Source of the DNA: Octopus bimaculoides
Taxonomy: Eukaryota
Direction: 5' to 3'
Assembly: GCF_001194135.2 (NCBI RefSeq)
Contig: NC_068981.1
Location: 128,806,274 to 128,870,273 of the forward strand
Length of the DNA stretch: 64,000 bases
In this document: one piece after another, positions 27,590 through 39,302 of the stretch
How the letters are laid out: every line of letters starts with the position of its first letter
Position numbering within the stretch: the stretch's first letter is position 1
Notes under the pieces: generated by a model
What the model was told of the DNA's origin: nothing
Database searches by the model: none
What the model saw: only the letters and a program-made list of their open reading frames with translations
Program-made: the position numbers and the translations under genes

Positions 27590-28575
27590 GTAACATCAAT
27601 TAGGTTATTACGTTAACCATGGTTGCTTTGTTTTCTGTTTGCTTCAACAAATAATAGTGTTCAGTTGTCTATTTTTTGTAAGATGAAGAGAAATTCATTG
27701 AAGGCTTTCAGCAAGGAAACTGCTTCGGCTGATAAGAATTGTCTATGAATGGATTGAAGAATTCAAAATGTTCACACAAGTATCACAGAAACCTGAAAGA
27801 CGTCAAGACAATATTGAACTCGACGTGATTTTGTTAAACAGACGGGTGACTTGATGAAATGAAAAATTATATAGAAATTAGCCATAGTTCTACCTCTGGA
27901 ACCATCTACAACAGACTTAGTAAAGTTTGTTTAAAATAACTCACAGGACTGCACAAGTATATTGGAATCGGCCAATGATTTGAATTACTATGGAAACGGA
28001 AGGGAAAATCATAACAGGCAATGGAACCATAGATACAACACTATGATAATCACAAGTATATAAGAGTATGGAATAGGTGAAACATCTATAATCGCCCCTC
28101 GGGGGAAAAAAGTTCATAATTCAACCAACAGCAGGAAAAGTGACGCTGACTGACTAAAACGGAACTAGATAATAAACCGTATAAACATGCTCTGTGACAA
28201 GCTAACGCAGGCCATTCGAAACACACCACAGATTATTACTACCGAAGATTATTGTTGCTCACTCTGTTGAAATTCTCTAGAAAATGAAATCTGAAATAAT
28301 GGAGCATCTTCCATATAGACTTGACCTTGCGTCTTCGGTTCACTCAAAGACACCCGAAGATGCCATTAATTTGGTATAGACAATGTGAAGGCAGTGATCG
28401 CTCAGTTTTGAAGTACATTTTTGTTCTTAGGACATGCATAAAAAAAACCTGTGCTACGACGGACCAAGTGTGCTTAGAAGGCACGGTAACAAGGTTAAAA
28501 AATTTGTTTGTACTGTTTTCTGTAATAAATTTATGAAAAATAATGAAAAAAGATCACTGAACTACCCAAGTGGCA
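27590..28575 (+). mobile_element. Decayed mariner transposase remnant
   Basis: VYEWIEEFK, NIE....NRRVT, ISHSS...L.KV, SP.GKK...PTAGKV, and EHLPYRLDLASS (degenerate HPPYSPDLAPS); many indels. Confidence 0.7.
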
Positions 28576-29199
28576 ACATTTGGAACAGAAAATTTAGGCA
28601 GCAAATATTATCAATATATTAACAACAGCACAGCTAAAACAATTTTATTCTTAACGTAACTTCATTAAGACTTCATAATTTATATGCCACATCGGGCTTC
28701 ACAGTTTGTGAATGAAGTTACGTCTGAGAAACTTCGGATCACAAGCTAATATTAGCCAACGATGTCATCTCTTAACTAGATTTCTGACCTCAATTTTTAA
28801 AATAGGTTATGGACCATAGATTATTTATGAAGTATCTCTTAAGAGCTGTACGTGTGTATATTCGTGTGTACATGCAATGGTGAAGAATGTGCTACATTCA
28901 TCTATATTCAATAAATTTCACCTACATTGAGGTCAAGCTACTTATTTTATATTATATCACAAGTGAACAATAGCCATTACTGATTACGAGTTCCCGATGG
29001 ACCCATAACTGATTCATCATACTTCTGACGACGAAAATGACAAGGGACTGTCTATAACTCGGTACAGAACAAATGTATCAAGAACACTTCCTTCAAAGTG
29101 AACAAGTTTTTCGGTTTTCTCGCTGACACATACACATGTACATACACACACACACGTATATATATGTGCGTACATATGTACGTAAGTGATTTTTCAGTT

Positions 29200-29420
29200 T
29201 CTTATTTCTTTATTGTCCACAAGGGGCTAAACATAGAAGGGACAAACAAGGATAGACTACAAAGGGATTAAGTCGATTACATCGACCCTAGTGCATAGCT
29301 GGTACTTAATTTATCGACCTCGAAAGGATGAAAGGCAAAGTCGACCTCGGCGGAATTTGAACTCAGAACGTAATGGCAGACGAAATACCGCTAAGCATTT
29401 CGTCCAGCGTGCTAACGTTT
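29200..29420 (-). mobile_element. SINE family B (representative young copy; about 25 copies in window)
   Basis: Core ggtacttaatttatcgacc.cgaaaggatgaaaggcaaagtcgacctcggcggaatttgaactcagaac recurs near 11.5, 17.6, 21.3, 23.0, 31.7, 34.2, 38.2, 51.6, 51.9, 55.2-57.0, 57.8, 59.0, 59.7 and 61.0 kb. Confidence 0.9.
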
Positions 29421-30160
29421 CTGCCAGCTCGCCGCCTTTTGATTTTTCAGTTTCTGTCAACCAAATTCCACACACAAAAATTTAGAGGAAGGCATTAGTA
29501 CTTGACTGCGAAGCGAACTTCTCAACCACGCATCCATTTCCGTGGACGTGCACATATAATCGACTGTAACATTGACTTCTGGACAAGGTATACATATTAT
29601 ACTTGTTTCGTTTGCTATACTGAAAAATAAAAACCACTTAGACTTTTTATTGTTTAGCTGTGACCATCTGTCACTTTACGATGAATAGTTTACTCATAAC
29701 CACATCAAACGGCCTTCTTTTCTACAATAGTGGAGGAAATTTGGTTACTATTTCTAGCAACGTCTACAAAAACGTTTCGTATATGATTGAGATACGGAAA
29801 CTTGTTATTTAGCACTAAACTGATCGCGCAAACTAATGATCAAAAGCTTTTCAGTTACGACTATCACATCTTTTAGAGAAATCTAAGGCTATAAAATACC
29901 CAACTTACCTCTCCCTATTTAAGACGATAGAGTGTAACTTGAAGATATTTTGGTTGCTGTTATTTCTAGCACGTTGCGCGACAACGTAGAAGCTCTCTTA
30001 TTGATTCGAAATGCAAGACTTCAAGGAAGCGAACAATAGTATTTAAAAGTGCATATTAACATGTTGCCTTTTTCTGCAGTGACATGTAAATTGTTCCTCG
30101 TAAAGTGACGGACAGTCGCAGCTAAACAGTAAAATAGTCTAAGTGGTTCTTATTTTTCAG

Positions 30161-30177
30161 TATATGAAAGACTACAG
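30161..30177 (+). other. Candidate 17-nt plus-strand microexon (tatATGAAAGACTACAG)
   Basis: Consensus acceptor ggttcttatttttcag| and donor CAG|gtgagt 17 nt apart; contains an ATG. Partner exons uncertain. Confidence 0.4.
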
Positions 30178-31634
30178 GTGAGTAATCCGAACCAAAATAT
30201 CCTAAATATTCCTCTCAATACACTGACAACATTCAACGGAATATATTGCAGCAGCACGTGTCTAGGTGATATAATTCTGACTGCAACATCCAGCATGTGA
30301 TTAAACTAGCACTGTATACGGGTGTGTTTGTGCAGTGTATGTATGGTATATAATTGAAAATTCCATAAATGTGTGCGCGTGCGCGTGATTTCCTGGCGGA
30401 GTTGTATGGTGCAGTGCAGATGTCACGTATTTATAAATTACAAGTTTTAGGATGACTGACTGGAATTAAGGTTGTTGATACTTGTGTAATCTGTATGAAA
30501 GTAAATGAGTGAGACTAAAATTCAAACCACACCTTTGATAACATTTCCTTCTGTCAATAACATACTGTGAAGGAGAAGTCTAACTCAGGGAGTTAACACA
30601 GGCACATATACAAAACCTATGTAAATAAAGCGAAAATATGCATAAGGATTCCTGTCACTACCGCCTTTACATCGTTTAGTTTGTTTTTTTCCCCTCACTC
30701 TAAATGTTTCTCCCCTTCCATCAACAATCGTTATTTCTACCCTTTCTTTCTCTTTATCACATTTCATCTTTCTCTGAGGAAGGGTTCTTCTGGAAATGTT
30801 AAACTTTTTACTTCCTCGTGACATGAAATTTATTCCACTTTATTCCACTTTTTTAAAAATTATTATTTATGTTCTGAGTCCAAATCTCACCGAGGTCATC
30901 TTTGCCTTTCAACCCTCCGAGGTCATCTTTGCCTTTCAACCTGTCCTTTAAAAATTGATGGCCTCACTATTATCTAACACTCATCAGGGAAATGGAAGGC
31001 GTCCATAAAGGAACGGTATTCTCCTCCTTTCAGCTCACGCTCTTTCCCAACCTCAACCGCAAAGACTAGCGATTCCCTGGTTCCTAAAACTCAATTTCTA
31101 TCGCTGTTCACTATAAACAAATCGCTCGACAATTACGGTGTAGTTGTATTGATCACAATCATGCAGTCACTCGCCAAACGAAACAAATTAACCGTGACAC
31201 AATGGTTTTGCTACAGACCTATATAGTGACCCACGTGCAACAAGGTCAAATTTTAGTCAATGTTTTTTGTTTTGTTTTTTCCTGGACGAAGAAGGAACAA
31301 GTATTTTTCAGTAATTTTTGATTACATAAATAGAACTTAAGTTGTTACATCGTCTTTTTCCTTGGAAAGCTTTAGTACCATACAAATCAACCTAAACTTT
31401 TTTTTTCGTACAGAATTCTCATTTAAGTTAGTCTTAACTTAAAAATAACAAGTCACATTTAAGCTGAACGGGAAATCAATTTGTTGCATCTAATTTTCTA
31501 CCAGCTGCCCGTACCACATGCGCTATGTTTTGTTGCCTTTTGTTTTTCTGTTTATCTCAGCAACATAATGCACTCTCACTACATATGACACTAAAAGGAA
31601 GCTTTAATTAATGCACGTTATTTTTACAATATTC

Positions 31635-31885
31635 TTTTCTACTCTAGGTACAAGGCCCGAAATTTTGGGGGAGGGGGATAGTCGATTAGGTCGATCCAGT
31701 ACGCAACTGGTACTTAATTTATCGACCCCGAAAGGATGAAAGGCAAAGTCGACATCGGTGGACTTTGCCTTTCATCCTTTCGGGGTCGATAAATTAAGTA
31801 CCAGCTGAGTACTGGGGTCGATGTAATCGACTTGTCCCTTCCAACAAAATTTCAGGCCTTGTGCCTATAGTAGAAAGGAGTTATT
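31635..31885. repeat. Inverted fusion of two truncated SINE-B copies (perfect 44-bp stem, 10-nt loop)
   Basis: 31707-31750 is the exact reverse complement of 31761-31804; outer arms ~80% complementary. Confidence 0.9.
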
Positions 31886-32599
31886 CCTACAATATTGAAT
31901 TATATACACAGCATATGCATAAGAATTTTTACAAGACATTTATACAAACCTTTCTTTTATTAACGTTGCAATTGAAACTTGTGATATTTCTCAGTATACT
32001 TTGCTGTCTAATTCAAACTTGTACTTCACCTACGTTTGAAATAATGAGCTATATCTACAAGTTAATAACCACTAGGCCGAAAGAAGTCTTTATTTCTGAT
32101 GGTAGTTAGGAAATTAAAGGGCTATTATAATTAATATATTGTTGTTATCTTTGGTATCCTATCTTTTCTATATTGCAGTTATAGAGTTATCAGCCATTCA
32201 ATATCAATAACATTATAGTATAAATCACTTTCATTTTATTCTGAAATACATTATTACGGCTGATTTCCGCAACTTATTGGAATTTTCATTGATATTTCGG
32301 CGTGACGAAATAACTTCACCCAAAGAATAACCATAGTGTTATGTTCGAAAGAGTTGAAGATTGTGCTTCATGCTAGTAACTGAATGATAGTTAAGGTCTA
32401 TTAAAGCATCGTTTTTCATAGGGTAAGACCTGCGAGGATTGAAAATTAGACAAATGGCCGTATTTAATCAAACATTAAAATACTTTAAAACTTTAAACTT
32501 GTCCAACAACACGGCGAAGAATTATATGGAATGCAATTTTAACTCGTCTTCCCATTAATAAATACATTCTAGTATAGATGGGAAGGGCAAAAAATTTCA

Positions 32600-32636
<37 letters not shown>

Positions 32637-35050
32637 TGAGAGAAACTAGGACTTGTCAGTTTGATAACCACTGTATAAAAGGACATTGTAGAGAAAACTA
32701 TGATACGAAAATATTTCTAAAATGTTTAAATTACAGAGTACAGACCATACTTATTTGAGAAAAGAAGCCATAAGAATCAGAGCTATTTTAGAGGGAAAGC
32801 AATCCAATTTTGCAACATTTAATATCACCAGATAATGTCCATTCTATGAATAATAAATAGGTGTATGCATGAGTGTTTGTACGTATGTATATATAATAAA
32901 AAAAAAAATCCGCGAGGTTTTAAAAAAGTCTCAAAGGTTTCAAGCCTTTGATGTGACTACTAAGACTTCTTGACAGTCATAAAATCTTTGGATTTGACAA
33001 TGCACACGAATAAATAAATCAATGAAGAAATAAATAAAGGGCTTTCATGATCTGCATTTCCCGTTCGCATTTAGCGTTGCAATGTAAATAGCAGACAAAC
33101 CTTATAAATAGAGGACGCTAGATATAGTAACAAACTATTTTGAGGCCCAAATACAATTAGATTGAACATATAAGGCATTCAAATCAATGCAATTAAGTAT
33201 AGAAACGAATTACAGACATGTAATTCTGATACCCAAGCTTTGTTTTTGAGAGAAGGGGGGGGGAATAGAAAAAACGAATTGTGGCATTTGTTAGATCTCA
33301 ATAAAGAAGTCATGGAATACTGAAAATGTTTTACAGAAAAATTAAAGCAAAATTATTAAAATATCCTTGTAAGGAAATAAGTGGCACATTATGGTTTTCG
33401 TCGACATACATCTTATGTGTGAAAGTTATGGGGTTTCATTCCTTTCTCAAAACACATCAACGATGTCAGTGGGGCAATTAATTAACACTTGTGAATTGAC
33501 TGAAATAAAGCAATGTCAACTTTCTTATGAATGTCATTTGAAACTGACGGGTAAGCCTTCGCATGGTCCTCCCCTCAAACCACACTCTGCTGTCTTAAAC
33601 ACATTGCATAACATATATAATCTAAAATTACATTATCGTTGAAAAAAAAACCCCGGATAGTTATAATTGAAATGGCTTTCTTCAAAGGAGAGTTAAGTGC
33701 TGAACTGGAGCTATATAACAAGAATCTCTTCCATGCATCTTAAAAGACGATTTCGTTCGCCTCTGTGTGTGTATACGTGCGTACGTGTGTGTGTGCGTGA
33801 GTTCGTAAGTCTGTATATGTATGTATGTATGTCCGCGCGCGCGTGTGTGCGTGTGCGTGCGCGCTCTCGATCGAAGCTTAACTGAGACATGGAGCTAAAC
33901 AACATTGATTTATTGTGCCTTGGCACAACGCCTGTCCGCGAGAGGGGTGTAGTCGATAATTTTCCTTAGAGTATGACTGGTATTCATGTTACTGATTTCT
34001 AATCCATGCTGAAAACGGTTAGACACCGGCTTAGATTACTGCAAAGCATCCAACAACTTAAGTTTCTGTCTCGTCCATTACACAACGCTAGCAATTAGAC
34101 ATGCACGTCGCTAAATATTTAAAACCATGCACCGAAATAAAAGAGCAATAATGATCCTTTCTATTATAGGCACAAGGCCTGAAATTTGGTGGAGGGGAAT
34201 AGTCGATTAGATCGACCCTCAGTACTCAACTGGTACTTAATTTATCGCCCCCGAAGGGATGAAAGGTAAAGTCGACCTCGGCGGAATAAAAGAGTAGTAA
34301 TGGCAGTTCAATGAAAGAGTCTATACTACATTATCGCTGGCCTAGCTAGAAACTGTAGCCAAATCACTCTCATTCACATTTAATGGCATATCTGCTCGAT
34401 CAGATTAACTTCGAGTTAAACAATAAGAAGCAATAATAACGATTACTACAAGTACACGACGCCCCCTTTTTTTTTCTTTAAGAGGAGATTGTATGTATAA
34501 TCGATACAACCTACATGTTTATTACAGAAATTTATTTTATCGATCCTGGAGATATTAAAATCAAAGTCCCAACGCATTTCTCTCTAAAACAGAAGCATCT
34601 TTATATTCTATATATTATGAGAAAGAAAAACGGTTTTATTTTGATTAGGTAGAATTACAAATTTTGTAGAGGAATAAGCGTGTATGCATAGAGATAGAGA
34701 GAGAGAGGTAGATAGATAGAGAGATAGATAGATAGATAGATAGATAGAGAGATAGATAGATGAGAGAGAGGGAGATTTATTTACACATACATATTGTATA
34801 TATGTAAGTACATATATACGTACGTATGTACGTATGCTTGTGTGCATGCAAACATGCATAGAAGTATATTAATGATATTTATTTTATCGAAACCCTAAGA
34901 AGAAAGCGAAGTCGATCCCAAGACAATTTTCATCGATTCGCACCCACAGACACTGAAATTGATCATTCAGAGCAATGTTGTAGGTTATATAGATGGCAAA
35001 TATGATAAATAAATAAAAATAATTATAAGTGTTGTTAATTGTAAACTTAC

Positions 35051-35114
35051 ATTGTAAACAATACTCAGCATGTTCACTGCCGTCTAAAGCGACCAGGATT
35101 CTTCTTGCTGACAT
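35051..35114 (-). CDS. First coding exon of a universal stress protein (USP/UspA, Pfam Usp-type) gene; partial
   Basis: Minus strand ATG at 35114 in CAAAATG context gives MSARRILVALDGSEHAEYCLQ, matching the USP N-terminal beta1/alpha1 motif (rILVAvDGSe.a..a...W). It ends at a consensus donor T|gtaagt (phase 1). A possible acceptor ttcttactag| at 35119 lies 4 nt upstream of the ATG. Downstream exons not located. Confidence 0.85.
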
Positions 35115-35299
35115 TTTGCTAGTAAGAACGTGTTTTATGCCCTCGGAAGTTTTCCTCCCTCTCTCTTTAATATGATTTTTTTCCCCCTCCGAGAATGACA
35201 AAATTCCTTTAGTGACACCTGACAGACGGAGATTTGTTTGTTTTTTAGTGTACCGTATTCGCGTTGCTTTCGTCCTCTTCCTAGGCTGAGCAGATGAGT

Positions 35300-35340
35300 G
35301 TGTCTACGTGACGTTCGCTCTATAACGTCATCTCTGACTT
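35300..35340. promoter_or_regulatory. CpG-rich putative USP promoter with two inverted CRE/ATF half-sites
   Basis: TGACGT at 35309-35314 and ACGTCA at 35325-35330, ~200 bp upstream of the USP ATG in a CpG-retaining region. Function is inferred. Confidence 0.4.
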
Positions 35341-36793
35341 GAAGCATTATAGCGGTGGCGTCGAAAGACTGTGGCAAAAGTGGGGGAAGCATTTGTGGCT
35401 AACAGTGGTGGTGGCGACGGAGAAGGGGTAATATGTAGCATTAGATTGTGGAGACGGTGCTGGTGGGGCGGGCAGCGGTGGATCAGATGGTGGGATTGTC
35501 TCGGGGGTGGTTTGTGATTAAGTAGAGCAGAAGGGGTTGGGTCAGAAGTGGTACTCAAAAGGTGACTTCTGTAAGTATGCATAGTGGCGATACGATTGTA
35601 TAAAAGGGAAAGGAATATAGCATTGAGAATAAAAGAAGTAGGTAGGTGAAACAGAGAGATGAGTAGAGTATGGTATTCAATCAAAACGCAGTATTTCAAG
35701 AGGGTGGGAAAGTTTCTTCTTCAATTCCCATGATCGTCTGTATATTTACAATTTATTGATTAAAAAAAATAATAAATAAATAACTCGAGTATATTCTTCG
35801 TTCTAACTAGAGAAAGCTTGCCAGATCTTCCTGATTCGCACCACTGATGTTTTCATACACCCAGCTCTCGACACTCGCTCAACCTTTTCTTTCTGCATCC
35901 ATCCTGACACTTTCTGACGAAATACGTTCGCAAATCAGCTTGTTTGGCTTCTCAATTTTCATATTATACGTATTTACATGGAATAAAATTAAAAAGAAAA
36001 CTCCATTTTATACTTAAGACACCAACTGTTGCAAACTTGGGACAAGATGTAATTTTACTCAGACTAACGCATTTCTCTACCTCAATCTTTCTATTCTGTA
36101 TTGATTAACTGGAAGCCAGAATCGGAATTCTGCAGAAATTCAGTTCAGTTCGCTTTTGCATTTACGGAAACGACGGTTTCGAACAGCGTTTAAAGAAGAA
36201 AAAAAAATCAATATAGATTTTAGCCTCTTTCGTGTTCTCTTTTACTCTTTCTTTCTCTAATTTCCCATTCCTCTTTCTACAGTGTTCTCTCTTATCTTCC
36301 CTCTTTCTCTGATTCTCCTCATACTTTCCCTTTCTCATTAACAATTTTTCTGTTACAGTATCATTGGCTACTAAACTTAAAGGAGAGTAAACTTACTGAT
36401 GTAGATTGATTGATAATTGGTGCAGAGAACCGCAAATTTCAATTGTTTATAGCTTTAGAAATCAATAAAGCTTGACACGGTCGATAGATCTACTGATGAT
36501 AACAAAACATGTAATACAATCCGATATTCCTTCCTTGATTTGACCTAATTGTCACTATTAGGAATTGAAAGTCGTGAAAGGACCAGGTAACAGGAAAGTT
36601 ACCTCATCTCTTTACCAGCTTTTATATTTATAAAAGAATTAAAATTATAACAATCATTGTCTATCATGCAATGTTATAGTAATATATTCTTTGATGGATA
36701 ATTATCCCAAAACACCTTGCTCACAAAACTCACAATTGCAGCCTTTCTTTGAGCATCTTAGAATCAAGGAGAAATTTGAGCTCAGTACCTTAA

Positions 36794-37117
36794 GTGAAGG
36801 CACTTGGCTTAGTGGTTAGGGTATTCGGCTCATGATTGTAAGGTTGTAAGTTCAAGTCCTAGTCGTGCATTGTCCTTGAGCAAAACACTTTATTTCACAT
36901 TGCTTCAGTCCACTCAGCTGGCAAAAATGAGTAGTACCTATATTTCAAAGGTCCAGCCTTGTCGCATTCTGTGATACACTGAATCTTGAGAACTATGTTA
37001 AGAGTACACATACATGTGTCTGTAGAGTACTCAGCCACTTGCATGTTATTTTCATGAGCAGGTTGTTCCATTGATTGGATCAACTGGAACCCTCATTGTC
37101 ATAACCAATGGAGTGCC
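36794..37117 (+). mobile_element. SINE family C
   Basis: Head gtgaaggcacttggcttagtggttagggtattcgg; related copies at 37630-37951 (-), 44935-45245 (-) and 53240-53390 (+). Confidence 0.85.
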
Positions 37118-38815
37118 AGATGCCTTAAGTCAACAAAAATGCTCAATTCTAGAGTCTCATTAGTCATTAGACCTAGGTGGAGTGGGCCAGAATCAAGATA
37201 TGAACAATTGAGCCTTTGGTTTCTATTTGGCACCCTATCAATTAATCCTGTCTGGCTTTCTTAAAGAACTAGGCTTTAAAACAATGTCGTATTTTGTATT
37301 TCATTGTTAATACGTTAGCATATTCAGTCAACTTCTACACATTGTATCTACCTGGTCTGTGACAGCATTGTTATTGTAATATCATTGAAGCAGTGCTTTG
37401 CATCTGGTCAGAATGATTTCTGATGACTCAGTTCAATGTTGTGAACAATTTCAAGGGTTACTACTTAGATTATGTTAGTGAACCACAATAGTTACTTATA
37501 GAAGAGTGAAGTTTCAAATTTGTTTCTCTTGCTGCTGTGTATTGCTAACTATTATAAACAAAAACTGGTGATGAGCATTTGCAACTCTAATAATCAACAA
37601 GCAACTCTAATGGAATCTAAGCTAAAACAGGCACTCCATTACTTACAACGATGAGGGTTTCAGTTGATCCAATCAATGGAACAGCCTGCAAGTGAAATTA
37701 ACGTGCAAATGACTGAGCATTTCACAGACACACAGACCCTTAATTTAGTTCTCAGGGAGATTCAGTGTAGCACAGAATGTGACATGGCTGGCCCTTTAAA
37801 ATACAGGGACTACTCGTTTTTGCCAGCTAAGTGAACTGGAGCAACATGAAATAAAGTGTCTTGCTCAGGGATGCAAAGCACCACCAGGAATTGAACTCAT
37901 GACCTTATGCTCCTGAGCCGAATACCCTAACCACTAAGCTATGTACCTTCACCTAATGGAATCTAATAAACACTTATATCTTGATAATACTGAAGAAGCA
38001 GAAATATGGTTAATGCTGTTTAACTCAAAACTGATGATTGATGATACTGACTGAATAGATTAAACCAAAATTACTTGCACAATATGGCATCAATCGAGAA
38101 CAATGGATTTGACAGAATCACTAGAGTATCACACAAAAATATCCTGTTGTAATTCTTCTTACTCTTTACATTCAATGTTCAAATCCTACCAAGATCAATT
38201 TTGTCTTTCATCCTTTCAGCATAGATAAAATAAAGTACTAGTCAAAGATTGGAGTTGATAATATTGACAAAACTCCTTTCTTCAAAACTACTGACATTGT
38301 GTCTAAATTAGAAACAATTGGCATTTATGCAATCATCAAACTGAAAAATATCTAATATCCTTCAATGATTCAAGATTAGTGTTCTATTAAAAAAGAAGAA
38401 AAAACTAAAGATAGACATCTCAGGCAGGTTTGAATCTGGGGGTAAAAGCAAGAACCAGCTAATAATTTCATACTAAGGCTTGGTGCAATTTTCTAAGTGA
38501 ACATAAGGGCTGCATGTGATGAATAATTTTGATTATTTTAACTGTCTAAGTATTAGTAAATATTATTTGGTCATGTATGTCAGAAAGCAATGCTTTTGTA
38601 TGTCAGAAAGCAATGCATTTGTAAAGAACATTGTGTCAAACTGACCTGAGTCAAACTATAATCCACTAACAGCATGAACATAACTAATGGTTTTACCAAG
38701 CATGTAAAAGATTTTGAAATCATTTTGTAATAATTCAAAGATCTACCTGGCAATCTGCTGAGAAACTTGCCTGGAAACATCTAGATCCTTTGAAAAAAAA
38801 ATGAATTGCAACAGC

Positions 38816-39149
38816 CAGTGGTTCTCAATAGGGTCCACACTGCCTCTACAGGATATACAGAGCAAAATTATATATTAAAAATTTATTTCAGGAGACCATC
38901 ACTAAGTAAAAGAATTATAGAGAAAAGAGAATTATTTTGAAAACCAAGATTCATGTGTGAAAATTGCTTTAATGTGGAATGAAGCCAAGCTATTTTGATT
39001 GCTTTTTCATCACCCTGTTTTGTAGAGAAAGATTTTAGTATAGTAACTCAGAATTTTGACAAAGAATACAAACTGAGTAGAAATAATGGGGTATAGAGCT
39101 TAATAAGAGAGATTTAGTAGTGAAATGCTAAACTGGTTGAGAACTACAG
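38816..39149. mobile_element. hAT-type MITE (older)
   Basis: cagtggttctcaa ... ttgagaactacag inverted ends; TSD not recognisable. Confidence 0.55.
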
Positions 39150-39222
39150 AGTAGAATGATGATCAAATATCTCACACATACAACAATGAATGGATCTTAA
39201 AATGCCTGACACATCCACATAC

Positions 39223-39302
39223 TAGGGTGTGGGTAGCTGGATCATAAAACCGGTTGCCATGAACATTTGGTGTTTCTGACAGGAGCAGAGTGCAGCAAAA
39301 CA
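39223..39302 (-). CDS. Putative second coding exon of right-hand gene (V-FCCTLLLSETPNVHGNRFYDPATHTL)
   Basis: Acceptor ttttatgatttcag|, donor CTA|gtatgt, 80 nt, phase 1 to 0. Joined to the 43156 exon it gives a signal-peptide-like N-terminus. Confidence 0.45.

Noticed and set aside
29010-29122. Minus-strand LVHFEGSVLDTFVLYRVIDSP as possible USP exon 2
   Set aside because: The only available acceptor is phase 2, incompatible with the phase-1 donor of the USP exon; resemblance is weak.
34884-34895. Nearest acceptor after the USP exon (cttcttag|GG TTT CGA TAA)
   Set aside because: Gives WFR followed immediately by a stop.
36794-36880. tRNA-like sequence with A- and B-box motifs
   Set aside because: It is the head of a SINE and continues into the SINE body; no intact cloverleaf.
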